Below are positions 1 to 13,039 of a stretch of 64,000 nt of DNA, piece by piece. Each line of letters starts with the position of its first letter. Within the stretch, counting starts at the first letter, position 1. Source of the stretch: Octopus sinensis (Eukaryota); contig NC_043004.1 of assembly GCF_006345805.1 (NCBI RefSeq), forward strand, positions 72,230,001-72,294,000. The letters are read 5' to 3'. Below the pieces are notes generated by a model, which saw nothing but the letters and a program-made list of their open reading frames with translations, had not been told where the DNA came from and did not search any database. The position numbers and the translations under genes are program-made.

Positions 1-249
1 TCTTCTTCCCTACCAAGAATTCATAACGACCTCCAACCCACAAGAGTAAACAAGAGAGACAGAGAAAGACAGAAACAAGGAAAATTTGAACACAATAAAA
101 GTATTCTTTTAAAAAGACTTTTGTTTTAATTTTTCTAAATTTAATACTTAATTGTTACAGCTGAAAAGTCTCAATGAGTGAAACCGGTACTGAAATGTTC
201 TTTATAAAATTATTTTTGCATTTTCTATCCTGACTTGTTTCTTCATATA

Positions 250-326
<77 letters not shown>

Positions 327-367
327 GTGGGAGAAATAAATATATATATATATATATATATAATATA

Positions 368-1978
368 CAGTGGGGAGAAATAAATATTCGTGCATGTCAA
401 AATTCTTTATTTATTTAATTTCTAATGAACATAAATGGGATATACCAATACTATATTTGCTTACACGTGTTTAAATTAAGAATATGCAAAAGAAACTAAT
501 AAATTATAGGAACTAGGAAATTTATATTCAATTATAAATATTTAGGGGTGAAAAAAGTATTTGTACAGAACAGAAATAACTGATAAATCTGATTTAATAC
601 TTCGTAGCATAACCATTATTCAGTTCCACTTCAACCAATCTCTTCTTGTAGTTCTTAATCAATGACTCACATGTTTCTTTAGGAATTTTTTCCCATTATT
701 CTTGACAAATTTCTTCAAATTTGCAATGCAGATTGGGGCTCTTGAATGAATTTTATTTTTCAAATAACGCCACAAATTTTCAATGGGGTTCAAGTCAGGT
801 GACTGGCTTGGCCATTCTAATAATTTTATATTGTGATCGACAAGCCATTTTTTGGTAGATTTCGCTGTGCTTAAGGTCGTTATCCTGTTGTAAAATCCAC
901 CTTCACAAAGCTGGAGCTTTTCTACAGAGTCCCATAAATTATTGTTCAAAATATTTTGGTACATCTCTGCATTCATTCTACCGTGTATCACATGTAAATT
1001 GCCAATACAATTTGCAGAGAAGCACCCCAACACTATGATGTTGCCACATCCAAACTTTACGGTAGGAATTGTGTTTTTTGGCAAATAGGCGGTACCATCT
1101 TTCCTCCAAACATGGCTATACGAATTTCGTCCAAATAATTCAATTTTCGACTCATCTGTCCATAGAATATTTTCCAAGAATATATCAGATTTAACATTAT
1201 GTTCATAAACAAATTTTATACGGGCATCTCTATGCCTTTTGGTCAACAATGGAGTTTTTCTAGGAGAGCATGACTTCAGTCATTCCTATGAAGTTCATTG
1301 CTGATTGTTCGTAGTGTAACACTAGTCCCTGAAGCTAACAAATCTTCTTGCAACTCCTTTCTGGTGATCATTGCGTTTCTTTTCTTTTTCGATTCTTCGC
1401 TTCATTTTTCTTAAAGATCTAGGAGAAATCTTACGTGGTGCACCGGATCTTATTCTGTTTTCAACAGTTCCCCGATTTTTTATATCTTTGAATAAATGAA
1501 GATATGGTAGAAAATAGAATACAAAGGGTTTCTGATATTTTCCTGTGACTTTTACCTGCTTTCCACTGTTCAATAATTAAGTTTTGCACTGAATTTGTGA
1601 GTTCTTTACTTTTCGCCATTATTACGATACTACTTTATGTTGTCTCAATGCTGAATGAAGAAGCTAGCGTTTTGACGCTTAAAATGACAACTGATAAGAT
1701 TATTGGAACAAACGAGAAAGTTCTAGTAAAACAATTATTTTAACAGTATTTTATGGCATAGAAAATCATAAATTTATTCTGCACGAATACTTTTTTCACC
1801 CCTAAATATTTATAATTGTATATAAATTCAATAGTTATTATAATTTATTAGTTTCTTTTGCATATTCTTAGTTTATGCATGTGTATGCAAATATAGTATT
1901 GGTATATCCTATTTATGTTCATTAGAAATTAAATAAAGAAAGAATTTTGACATGTACGAATATTATTTCTCCCCACTG
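368..1978 (-). mobile_element. Tc1-family DNA transposon with about 200-bp IR/DR-type TIRs and TA target duplication; transposase disrupted
   Basis: TA|CAGTGGGGAGAAAT at 366-381 mirrors ATTTCTCCCCACTG|TA at about 1965-1980. TIRs span about 368-570 and 1777-1978, with an inner DR-like motif (GGGTGAAAAAAGTATT). Confidence 0.92.
659..1619 (-). pseudogene. Tc1 DD34E transposase, frameshifted
   Basis: N-terminus MAKSKELTNSVQ starts at ATG 1619. ORF 659..1249 has WTDESKIELFG, TVKFGCGN and WPSQSPDLNPIENLW. The frame is broken in several places. Confidence 0.9.
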
Positions 1979-1990
1979 TATATGTATATA

Positions 1991-2069
1991 CGGTAATCCC
2001 TCGCAATATCGCGGTTTACCTATCGAGGTTTATTATTTAAGCATAGATCGATTCGTCGAGGGATCACTG
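1991..2069. mobile_element. Internally deleted pogo/Tigger-like MITE (short allele of 56603-56819)
   Basis: TA|CGGTAATCCCTCGCAATATCGCG ... GAGGGATCACTG|TA; same termini as the longer copy at 56603. Confidence 0.65.
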
Positions 2070-4326
2070 TATATATATATATTTGTTTTCTCACCCGAAT
2101 TCCAGATTATCTTTGCAATTTCGGCTGGTTATCCTCGAAATTTCTCCAATCTGGCCATCCCCAAGGAAAAACAAAGCTAAGAGCATTAGATTCCTTGGAA
2201 GAAAGCAGCGAATGTATACGAATGTATATATGTATTAATGTTTGTATTACTGTCAAGTTATGAAAACTATTTAACGTTAAACTGAAGGAGTACACTATAT
2301 CATTTAATATTGGACGTATTTATTAATCTGAAATCTTTTACAAAGAGAGGCGAAACAGTGACTTCGAAGTTTCTACCTGCTCGCCTTCGTCATATTTTTA
2401 TACAAATGCGTGTGTGTGCGTGTGAGTGTGTGCATGTGTGTGTAAATCTTTTGTGCATTTGCACACGTCTAAGAACGCTGATCCTTGTAACCATGAAGCT
2501 AGGTAACGTACTAACTCGACGATCAGTAACAAACTGCACTTATTGTCAATTGATTTAATCTCACACTTTTTTGGTTGAGGCTAAAAACATCTCATCGTTT
2601 CACAGGTTTATCAGCCATTAAAAATGCCACTGTTTGACTCTATTTTATTACGAAATTGTAATAAACATATATACTAATAGGTATCAGAAGCTTTCGTTGC
2701 CCATATTCTCCATGATTTTGGCACTACTTCACTGGATCTGAGATGAAATATTTTGGTGTAACATACATGTGTGTGAGTGTGCGCGCGTATGTATTAAATT
2801 AATAATTTGCAGAGATGGAGCAGTCATTTAGATTTACAATATGTTACCGGTATATATCTTTTACGCCGAGCGGTATGATGAAATCCAATGTTTAATATAG
2901 TATCTTAAGATTTAACTAAATACCAAATCTACACAATCATCCGGAGTTAAAAAGTAAACATAAGATACATCAGCATGCATTTTTGCTTTATGTTGTTTAT
3001 CTCCAGGTGAGCTGGGATCGAAAGATTTATGTTGAAAGGCACTTGGATTGTGTTCCTCACCTTTACATGTATCCCAAGAAAGACATCTAAGGTGAGCTGG
3101 TAATTTCAAGGTGTTAGGAGATAATTTGAAGGAATGTATCTGATATTTTAATGACTCTACCATGATAGAATTATTATAAGCGTGTACGAGTGTTTGTGAG
3201 TTTGTAAGAGGGAGAGAAAGAGAGCGATAGTGGGAGAGAGGGACTAAACTGCTATGAGACTTAAAATTGTCTTCAATTTTAAATTTTCTTTGACAAATTC
3301 ACTTAAACAAAAATATCTGTTATCGTACCTTATTTAAACTATCCAGTATTTTACTATATTCTCACACTCACACAGGCTTACAGTAGTTTCACACATTGCA
3401 CTCTGTATATCTTTATACTCCAAAAACATCATTTTTAATTTTAGCTAATCCAATGAGCGTATTTTACGGACGGAACAGAAAGACATCTGCTGGGTGTAGA
3501 TGTAGTATTTTTTATCGACCACACTGCTACTTCTATGGCATGTTCAGCAAATTCTTTAAGAAAACACCTGAATCTGCTTTACAATAAATAGGTGCAAATG
3601 TATTGTTCGATTCCTTATTTCAGAGTTTATATTTCCTCATCCTGTACGGATGTTTAAGATAAATAATGGAAGATATTACGCAAACACACCTTTACACATT
3701 TTCTGGCCATATGCTGAGTAAACTTTCTGGAACATTCTGTTGCACACAAAGAGAAGTTCACAGATTTAGTTTCTGAATGTTATATTTGAAGGGTGATAAA
3801 TCTTTGTTATAGTTTTTGCTTCTGCATTTTTTCCAGTGATCCGTTGAGATCCAGTTATATCGTTGTTAAATAAAACATCTTTATCCAAAATATAGACTTG
3901 TCTATCTTATTTCTAAAACACTTTCCTCTTCTCTACATAAAATGTGATGTATAAAATTAATACTAAAAAGGATAGAGCCTGACTTGAAAAATATCATGTG
4001 GCAACCAACCAAACCAACGATTGAAAGAGTTTTAAAAAACTTTTATGCTAAGTTTTAAGATCGGTGAACTTTAAAATACTCGAACAAGAGTTTTCAAACT
4101 TCACGGCATCTCCGATTACGACTAGGAAAAATACTCTGCTCAGTTCTGCCTCAGTACTTTCTACAGAGAGCACTTTTGCAGTAAACCGTGACTTGCAATC
4201 GTAACCGGTCTCAAGTCATTCTTTGCCACTCAAATATTGTCATCGATAGAAAACACTCGTTGAACCTTCGCGTTGTCTTCGTCTCCGAAAAGCAGAACAA
4301 AACATCGATAAAATAGAGGAACCAGA
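1991..4326 (+). repeat. Segmental duplication block 1, copy A (paralogue 56603-59045)
   Basis: Collinear match, e.g. 2234 TAATGTTTGTATTACTGTCAAG = 56831; both copies end at GGAACCAGA. Roughly 85% identity by eye. Confidence 0.95.
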
Positions 4327-4789
4327 AAGAAAAAAATCAAAGAAAAACATTCAGAAATTCAAAATGAGGTGAACATCAGTATATCTAATGTAATATTATT
4401 TACACATTTGACGGATATTTGTCCTCGTCTTGTTTGTTGTTAACACAAAGTAAATAATGTAAATAATGTACATAATTCCTTATCTCTTAAATATAGAAGT
4501 GTAGTATATTAATATATATTGATCAGATCCGCTTCCAATTTTGTAAGTGAACTGGTTGGAAACAAAGAGATGAATGTAGACGGTTAGAAGGAGCCATGGT
4601 TGAAACGGACAATTGAAAGCGATACTCTAACTTTGCGTAAAGATCTGAGCCGCATAGAAGAGTGGTCCAAAGGGTAATGGAAAATGGAAATAAAGTGAAA
4701 GGGCATATCATGACACAAAGTAGAAAAGAAAGGATTCAAAACTGGGATTGAAACCCTAAAACAATGCGTATGGTCAAAAACATTAAAGG

Positions 4790-6930
4790 TGCAGCGCTAC
4801 GCTAATCGCATGTTACTGTTCCAGAAAAACCGGTTATTCTCAAATATCCAAAGGGCTTAAGGGAAAATACAGAAGATAATACACTTCCTGAAGCAGAAGA
4901 AACCCGCCAATGTTGGAATAACATCAGGAAGCAAGGGATTTCCCAGAACCAACGTGCAGAGTGGATTTATTCTATGAGATCCGAACTCCATCAACCGGAG
5001 GCTCAATGACAGAACCATGTATGTATAAGAACGGAAGATATCAATGCACGGGTATCAAATTAGCCTAAATGGAAAGCAGCAGGACCAGGCATAGTTCAAA
5101 GTTGCTGGCCCAAGTGGTCTAGGTCAAAACACAAGAGAATTGTGTTGTAATTAGAGCGGTGCAGTTCCGGAGTGGATAGTAGAGGAGAAAACAACGTTGT
5201 TAATGAAATATCAGTTAAAGGGCAATGAAGCTGGCAATTACCAACCCATTGCTTGTTGTAACCTCCTGTGGAAAGTATTAATGCGTATCCTCTAAGGAAG
5301 AATTTATACATTCCTTGCGGAAAACGATCTACTGTTGGTAGAAAAAAGGGATGTCGAAAAGGATTCAAAGGCACCAAGAAGCACCTTGTGATGGACAATT
5401 TGATAATGAAGAACTGTAAACGGTACCAATAAAGACTTATACATGGCCTGGATAGACTTCAAAAAGGCTTCCGACATGTTACCGCATACGTGGATTTTGG
5501 AAACCTTCGACCTGTGTCGAATAGCTGAGAACGCGTGTGCACTGATTAAGAACAGCATGCCTAGCTGGAAAACATGTATTTCCTCTAACACCCAGCAATT
5601 AGCCGAGGTAACAAACAAAAGAGGTATCTTCCAAGAAGACTCTTCTTCACCTGTTATTCATTATAGCCGTCATCCCATTTTCTGTAGTCCTACGCAAGGC
5701 CAACGTGCACTATGAGCTGAGAAAGAATGGACTTCACCTCAACCTCCTTCTGTTCATGGATAATTTAAAACTGTTCGAAAAACAGAACCTGAAATGAAGA
5801 GGCTGGTTGAGACTGCAAATGTACAGCAAGGATATAAGGATGGAATTCGGTATCTCGAAACGTGTGGTGCTTACTTTGAAGGGGGAATAAATCGTAGGGG
5901 CATAGGGAAAATGGAAGATACATATTATGATGGTACAAGTACCTTGGGATCCTGGAGCTGAACAATACCTTGCATAAAAACGTGAAAGACAAGATCATCA
6001 AGCGACTTAAACTTCTCTTGAAATATAAACAGAACTCAAGGAACCTTGGGACTGACATCAACATATGGGCGATTGCTGTAGTCCGCTATAGTGCACCCAT
6101 CCTGAAATGGACAAAAGCGGAGATTACCCAACTCGATCGCACTACCCGAAAGACAATGACAATTTATGGTGCCTGCCACGCTAAGGTGTATGGCTCTACA
6201 TGAAGAGGGTCAAAGGTGGACGTGGACTAATTAGCGTACGGGAATGCATCAACAGGGAAAGAAGAAACATGGCAGAATATTTGGTAAACAGCAAACAAGA
6301 TCTGCTGCGGTATACTGCTAAGGTATACGCTTCTCAGGGTCAGGTATTGAATACCAACTCAGTGAAAAAGAGTATATACCAAACAAGTGCATCGGACCTC
6401 GGCAGAATGTGTGGAAAAAGGGTCGAAAAGGTGACTCACATTGTTAGTACTTGTGATAGTCTTGTGCAGAAAGAGTACAAGCGTAGACGCGAGAAGGTAG
6501 CCCAAAATCTACACTGGCTAGTATGATGTAAGTGGGAATATGAGGTTACAAGTGCTTGGTACCAACATACATTAGAAAAGGTAATAGACGAAAAAGGGAA
6601 GGCAAAACCCCGCTTGGATTTGTACTCAGACAGAGAAAGTATTAAAGCACCGGAGGACTTTAGGGGGGGGGGCAAAGAAGAGGGTTTAATAATTGACGTG
6701 AGATCAACATATCATCATGAAAGAAAGAGAAAAGTTGATAGATATGGAAACCTGAGATTTGAGATCGCTAAGGATGTGGCAGCTACGAGAGTCAAACATA
6801 AAGGTTATCCCTATTGTCATCGGAGCATTAGGTTCAAATACCACCACAATCTAGGTGTATTGCAAAAGTCAGCATTACTTGAAACTGCACGCACATTGCA
6901 TAAAGTGCTGTCCGTCTCAGATGATTGATT
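4790..6930 (+). mobile_element. Degraded R4/Dong-clade non-LTR retrotransposon (RT plus restriction-like endonuclease)
   Basis: Fragments MAWIDFKKASDMLPHTWIL, RGIFQEDSSSP, FMDNLKL, INIWAIAVVRYS, GGRGLISV, CDSLVQKEYKRRREKVAQNLHW, LLETARTLHKVL; many frameshifts. Confidence 0.85.
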
Positions 6931-7507
6931 TTATGGTACACAGAATAAGAATTGGAACATAGAAGTTCTGTAAGTTACCAAAGCAGCGGGTGTCTAAGGA
7001 AAATCGTAATGTAAATTACAGCTTTGGCGTTTTATTTCTTCTTACAGTTGGCTTGTCAGCCCTGTTAGTTTCGCTAGACCCCAGTATTGAGACCAATCCT
7101 GGGCCAATGGATTTTATAGCATTCAAATACGAATTGGGAACTTAAAAAACTTAATTTTCATGCTAAAATCGAAAGCCATTTATCATTTCTGGAAAAAGGC
7201 AAACTAAAAAAGTTATATTTGTCTAAAACAATTTGTCTAAAACATTATTAATATGGAAACAATTTGACTAAACACTATTTTTTCTTTATTTCTTTATTTA
7301 TTGTTTGTTTGATGAATTAAAAATTATTTGTGTTTCTAACTAGATGTTAACTACTTAAAAATACATTAGGATTATTTAAATTCAAAATGCATAAAAAACG
7401 AAAAAGTATTTACTGAAACTACTTATTAATTCTTAAAATAATAGGTTGTGTGCTATACCACGAACATAATCAATAATATTTTGTGGATCAAAATTTTGAG
7501 CAAGATT

Positions 7508-8697
7508 TTAAATTCGTTTTGCAGTATCACGACAGCGCTTCTTTGGAGGTTCTGGTTCCATTCCAGCAATATACTGCTCAATCCAAATCACGCTTAGACT
7601 TTGTTCTTTTTGTAAAAAGTTAATAAATTTCCAGATGCTCGGGTGATGAAACTCAACTTGGGTTTCGAAAGCTCGATGCCATCCTTCGACAGACATATTT
7701 GTTTTGTGAAAATCATCAACAACTGTTAAATACATATTCCCCGTAGGTACTGGGAAGGGAGGTGGGCGTTATGCGTTCATTCTGTTGGGTCTTCCAATTC
7801 ATATATCTTTGAAATAATTAATGATTTCCCGTGTTTCATCAGGGAAGGTGTTGTTATCACATAATAACTCAAATGCTCTTGTTATTGTGTCTGCTGGAAC
7901 AAATGCTAATGTTGGTAGCATCATCATCACTAAAGCAAAATTCATGTCTGTTTCATAGTTTCGTTTTAAATCATTACTTTGAATTACACGAAATATACCT
8001 TGGCCGTTCTGTTCTGCACTTGGAAATTCTTTCAAAATTGCTTTCATCATCGCTTTCTCAAAATCGATTGTTATCGACAATGGCACACATGATGGTTCAA
8101 GTTTCTTTGTTTCGTGCAAAACCGTTTATATGTTTCTTCTGCTCTGTCCGACAATACTGCGAGCGGCAGTGAAGCTTTCTCTTTTAATCAATGCATGGAA
8201 TATAACTGGTGAAATAAAATAAAAAGATGTTTTAAATATGCCGTCAGCATACCAGTGACTGCATAATGATAAACGTTGTAAATTACGTCTTATTGCAAAT
8301 ATCACAATTCGCTTTGCAACTGTTCCTGAGTCATAAAGCAAAAATTGATCACCTTTAAAAGAGTTAGAAAGTTTAGGTAGGAAAACTATTTCACTGCAAG
8401 TTGATGGTAGGGCCGGTCCAGTAAGGGTTTGTTGCCTCATAGATCTTATTGTTCGCTTAATACTTTGCATGTTTGGTAGTTTGGAGGCAACAGCTTGATC
8501 GCAGTCATCGTGAACACTAGATACAACGGAATGGGGTGCATCTTGTGTTGACTTACCCAGCTGACGTATTTTTGAAACGGTGTCTTTTGCTGCAATTTCA
8601 GCGCCATCCGATAAACGATTATGCTCCTTGGAAGATTTCACAATTTCCTCCTTTACTGTCATTATGCGAGCACGGCATTTTGGATATTTTTCGCAGG
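7508..8697 (-). mobile_element. MULE (Mutator-like) transposase pseudogene with FLYWCH remnant
   Basis: CEKYPKCRARI at about 8660-8695, HWYADGIFKT, ITIDFEKAMMKAI, LAFVP, TNMSVEGWH, HHPSIWKFINFLQKEQ. Confidence 0.88.
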
Positions 8698-8960
8698 TGG
8701 TTTGTAGAGTACAGCATTATTTAGAACTTTCCATCTAATTTTATAAGTTTTATTACTATCTTTTATCTTCCAGGTCATTTTACTAAGGCCAGTGCTATTG
8801 CATTTATTGATATTTCGAAAAGAGACTTCATGGTTCCCGATACGATATTTCACGTAACAGGTTGTTGCTCCAACATAATAGAAATGCTTACCTTCAACTT
8901 CAACTGTGATTTGATATACTTGGCTTTTGCTTTTTCAGTAATCGTTAAATTTACAATTTG
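8698..8960 (-). mobile_element. Penelope-like element, GIY-YIG endonuclease C-terminal fragment
   Basis: KYRIGNHEVSFRNINKCNSTGLSKMTWKIKDSNKTYKIRWKVL fits the typical PLE endonuclease C-terminus. Confidence 0.75.
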
Positions 8961-9289
8961 CCTTAACTCTACAGTCACATAAAACATTTAGGTCATTATT
9001 GCATGTGTCGGATTTGTGTTCCCATTTCGTCTAGGTGTCAGTTTTAGTATCATCTGTGTTTCTAGTCGGAGGGGCAATGTTTCTATTTGTGTAATACTCA
9101 TCAAGTTTAATATTACTGGAAGATGATATATGTCTAAATAAGATTTTAGTTATAGAACATCCGATCCTTATTAATTATTGTTAATTATGGTACTATATTT
9201 ACTAGAAGTCGAATATTTATCTATTATAGAAAGGATTACTCTGATACAGATTGTCTTTATAGATTTGCCATGAGGTAAGATAAGCCAAA

Positions 9290-9318
9290 TTATACTATTA
9301 TTATTATTATTATTAATG

Positions 9319-9363
<45 letters not shown>

Positions 9364-9570
9364 GTTATAGCATTTATGGTTGCTATCTGGTATATGATTT
9401 ATATTTAGGATAAGCGTCTTACGTTTAAAGCATTTATTAATATTGTGGTTGGATTCATGTTGATAGGGATTCCTAATACTATCATTATTGTTATTATTAT
9501 TATTATTATTATCATTATTATTGTTGTTGTTGTTGTTCTTGTTGTTGTTGTTCTTCTTGTTGTTGTTGTT
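9290..9570. repeat. (TTA)n and (TTG)n microsatellites
   Basis: Direct reading. Confidence 0.95.
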
Positions 9571-9639
9571 ATAATTATAACTATTGAAATACTTGTTTGT
9601 ATTTTTATTGTTATGCTTAATAATTCTAGTTATAGGTTA

Positions 9640-9990
9640 ATTTTTATCTAAAGATAATTTATCATTTATCTTGCTGGCTGTCTGGGAGTTATCATTATTT
9701 TCAAATGTAATATTTTTCTGTATACCATACCTTTGTTAATGCTGAGTTAATAATAGTCCTTATTAATATTAAAGGTATTTTTATTAGATGAGAGGTAAGT
9801 AATTCTACGTTGAATATTTAAAACTAAACATTTAGTTATTGTTTTGGGATGATTACTATCATAATTAATATATGTTAACTTTGAATTAGGTTTGGGATAT
9901 GGTGTATGGTTGCCTGTGAGTAGGTTATGGTTGACATCTAACAGGTTTACGGAACTATGTTCGTTTTCTACAGAAATTTTCAAGAATTTG
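9640..9990 (-). mobile_element. Penelope-like RT C-terminal (thumb) fragment; duplicated at about 60950-61300
   Basis: VNLLDVNHNLLTGNHTPYPKPNSKLTYINYDSNHPKTITK..NIQRRITYLSSN matches the PLE YxKPN/SNHP motifs. Confidence 0.85.
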
Positions 9991-10098
9991 TGAAATTTCT
10001 TCTAATTTTCTAATTTGTATATATTTGTGAATTCTTGAAATTTTCCAATTTGTATATATATATATATATATATATGATGTGATATCTGATATGATATA

Positions 10099-10290
10099 CG
10101 AAGGGGTTTCGCAAAATGCCTGATTGGATGTCCAAACTTCCGACATTTTTACAAGGGCTTAGAAAAACTGATGGACCACTGCAATAAGTGTATGAATCTG
10201 AGAGGAGAATATGTTGAGTAAAATAGTAATTACTTGGTCCTCCTGTATTTTCTCTTACCCAAAGCTAGCAACTTTTCTCCATCCCCTCCT
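10099..10290 (+). mobile_element. Internally deleted mariner (left TIR joined to the transposase 3' end); copy at 61435-61625
   Basis: TA|CGAAGGGGTTTCGCAAAA start, then a KLMDHCNKCMNLRGEYVE*-type C-terminus and right TIR AACTTTTCTCCATCCCCTCC. Confidence 0.65.
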
Positions 10291-10863
10291 GTGGACATGT
10301 TTGTAGAAGTGCCTGGCTTAGTAGTTAGGAGTGTTGCACACATGATCGTAGGAGTATAAAGTGTGCAACTTTTAAAATTTCAAAACCTTTAAATCTTTAT
10401 AAATTCTTCTTCGAGGTTTCTTGAAATGTGTGAAGTTTTAAACAGTTGTTTCTTTAGCTGTATTTTGTGATTTCTTTAAAACAAAATACTGAAAGGAACT
10501 TTTCACATTTTCTTGTTTTGTTCTAAATTGATTTTAACTTCTTTTAACTGCTTTTGACTTCCCTTAATTTATTCAGTTACAGAATTTCCTCATCATCCCT
10601 TAACTTCCTAACCTCTCCTACAAACGGCGTTATCATGTAGTCTCTCTATACTATATCATAAAACTAATCCTTCGACGGACCAGCGTCTTGTCAGGGGTTG
10701 GGGAATAAGAATATATAGGCTACAGAATACGGGAAAACCGGCCTTATGCACCTAGAGCTTGGGAAATATTTTTCATCCTTTATGTGTGCATGTTTGTGTA
10801 TATGCATGCATATTTACACACACACACACATATATATAAATATATATACACACACATACATAC

Positions 10864-10894
<31 letters not shown>

Positions 10895-11493
10895 TGTATG
10901 TATGTATGTATGTATGTATGTATGTATGTATGTATATATGTATGTATTTGTGTGTGTATGAGGAATGTTGGGGAATCAGGAAATATATCTTTTCAGAATT
11001 CAGAATGTAGATTCTCGGGTCGGAGAATGTTTATGATTTCATATTTCTCTTGTGTGTTCTGTAGTTTGAATATTTTTCTCTTCCAAAGGAATAAGTCCAC
11101 ACGGCTATTTTTGTCTTTTAGAAATATTTTTTAATTCCTATAATCGCTCATCCAGCAAAGTACAGACCCGCTTTGCCATGTTAAATAGTATGTTTCTTTT
11201 TTGTGTGTGTGCATGTGTGTGCATGAAAGAACGAAAATTCAAGTTTTCATGCATGGCTGTTGTTGGATAGAAAAGATATCGTTATCTTCTTTTCACCTTT
11301 GATAATATGTGTGTCCAGAAATGGCAGGTTTTGTGTGTTATTCTGTTGTAAATTTCGCGAAGTATCGAGCCTATTTAGGAGGAATGGAAAATTCCTAGGC
11401 CTTTTTGAGTTTTGTTCCAAAAGATGAAAAATTTATCAAAATTCCGTTTCCAGTTGTCATCCATGTAAATGGAGAATTTGGGTCAAATCTAAT

Positions 11494-11913
11494 CTCTTTC
11501 TCTTTTCTCTTTTACTTGTTTCAGTCATTTGACTGCGGCCATGCTGGAGCACCGCCTTTTTTTTAGTCGAGCAAATCGAGCCCGGGACTTATTCTTTGTA
11601 AGCCCAGTACTTATTCTATCGGTCTCTTTTGCCGAACCGCTAAGTGACGGGGACGTAAACACACCAGCATCGGTTGTCAAGCAATGCTAGGGGGACAAAC
11701 ACAGACACACAAACACACACACACATACATATATATATATACATATATACGACGGGCTTCTTTCAGTTTCCGTCTACCAAATCCACTCACAAGGCATTGG
11801 TCGGCCCGGGGCTATAGCAGAAGACACTTGCCCAAGATGCCACGCAGTAGGACTGAACCCGGAACCATGTGGTTGGTTAGCAAGCTACTTACCACACAGC
11901 CACTCCTGCGCCT
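11494..11913 (-). mobile_element. tRNA-derived SINE with internal CA/TA microsatellite; present in copy A only
   Basis: Minus-strand head AGGCGCAGGAGTGGCTGTGTGGTAAG..GGTTCAGTCC (A and B boxes). The empty site TCAAATCTAATGTTAAG is at about 62811-62827; TSD about 3-5 bp ((CT)AAT). Confidence 0.9.
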
Positions 11914-12879
11914 AATGTTAAGAATTGGTTATCATTTTAAACTGTATGGGCAGTTTTTTGTTTCTTTTTTTGTTCTTCTTTCTATAAAGCGAAGGTTACG
12001 TATTTCTATCCCCATACAGTTTAAAATGATAACCAATTGTTAATATTGTATTTGACCCAGATGCTTGGAATTATAAATTACCTAGGGACCAAAATCAAAG
12101 TATGTACATTTTTCAATTTCTTTTGTACATTATTAAAATGTATTTCTTTCTGAATCTTAACTTCAAACTGTGATACAAATAAATCAACTATACATCCACA
12201 ACTCTCCATTTTCTTACCTTATTAATATATCCATAATATAAATTGGACACGGGCGATCGTTGTCTTGAGGTTCACAGCCAAACGGCTGGGTGGCTTTGCG
12301 TGAAAAATAGCACACATATGTAGACGGGTGCATAGATTGGAATGCGGTTTGTATTTTTCCTAGCCCTCATAGTTACCGAGAAAATCGATTAAATCTTTCT
12401 AATGGAATTCCCCCAGGCTAGGTGCAAATTCGTTCTTCGCAACTCCTGATGCTGTTTTCTGACAGGGGTGGGGGGGTCGGGAAATTTTCATACAGCTCGA
12501 GGCTCCAATCAAAACAGGGGACCCGAAATGTTACGGTTGAGAAACACTTATAGATTATGCCTAACTGAAAACATACTCACACATGCGCACACATATATAT
12601 GTATACATATACATATACATACATACATAAAGAAACTGAAATAGAAAAAAAGTCCATGTATTTAAAAGAAGTTACAAGTTGAGACAAGAAATATCTTTGT
12701 TCTTACAGACGCTGAGACATTAAGTCGTCGATAAAATTAAAGCTAATGAAAAGGTAATATTTACTTCCGGTTACTGAATACGAAACACAAATTAACATCG
12801 AGTTAAAAGATAATCATTGATGATCGATTTGTTATGAGTTTAGCTTATTTCTTTTTAACGTACCTTTATAATGATTTTA

Positions 12880-12986
12880 CACGGGTAAATGTCTATTTCT
12901 GGTGAATGGTGATCTAGTTACCTTTCTATACCTAAAACAGTTTTAATGCAATTTTTTTAATGGAAACAGTACATATCAAACAAATA

Positions 12987-13039
<53 letters not shown>

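Larger units (their letters stand above)
9560..12985 (+). repeat. Segmental duplication block 2, copy A (paralogue about 60890-63930)
   Basis: Nearly identical collinear sequence, e.g. ORF 9747..9983 vs 61060..61296 differ by one residue. Confidence 0.95.

Noticed and set aside
3009-3090. Exon-like segment with good acceptor and donor, conserved in copy B
   Set aside because: It has stops in all three frames and a third inverted copy at 57490, so it is more likely a small repeat. A UTR exon is not excluded.
10655-10700. Hammerhead-like CTGACAA-GACG-loop-CGTC-GAAG on the minus strand (also about 62020-62060)
   Set aside because: Two core positions deviate and stem I cannot form.
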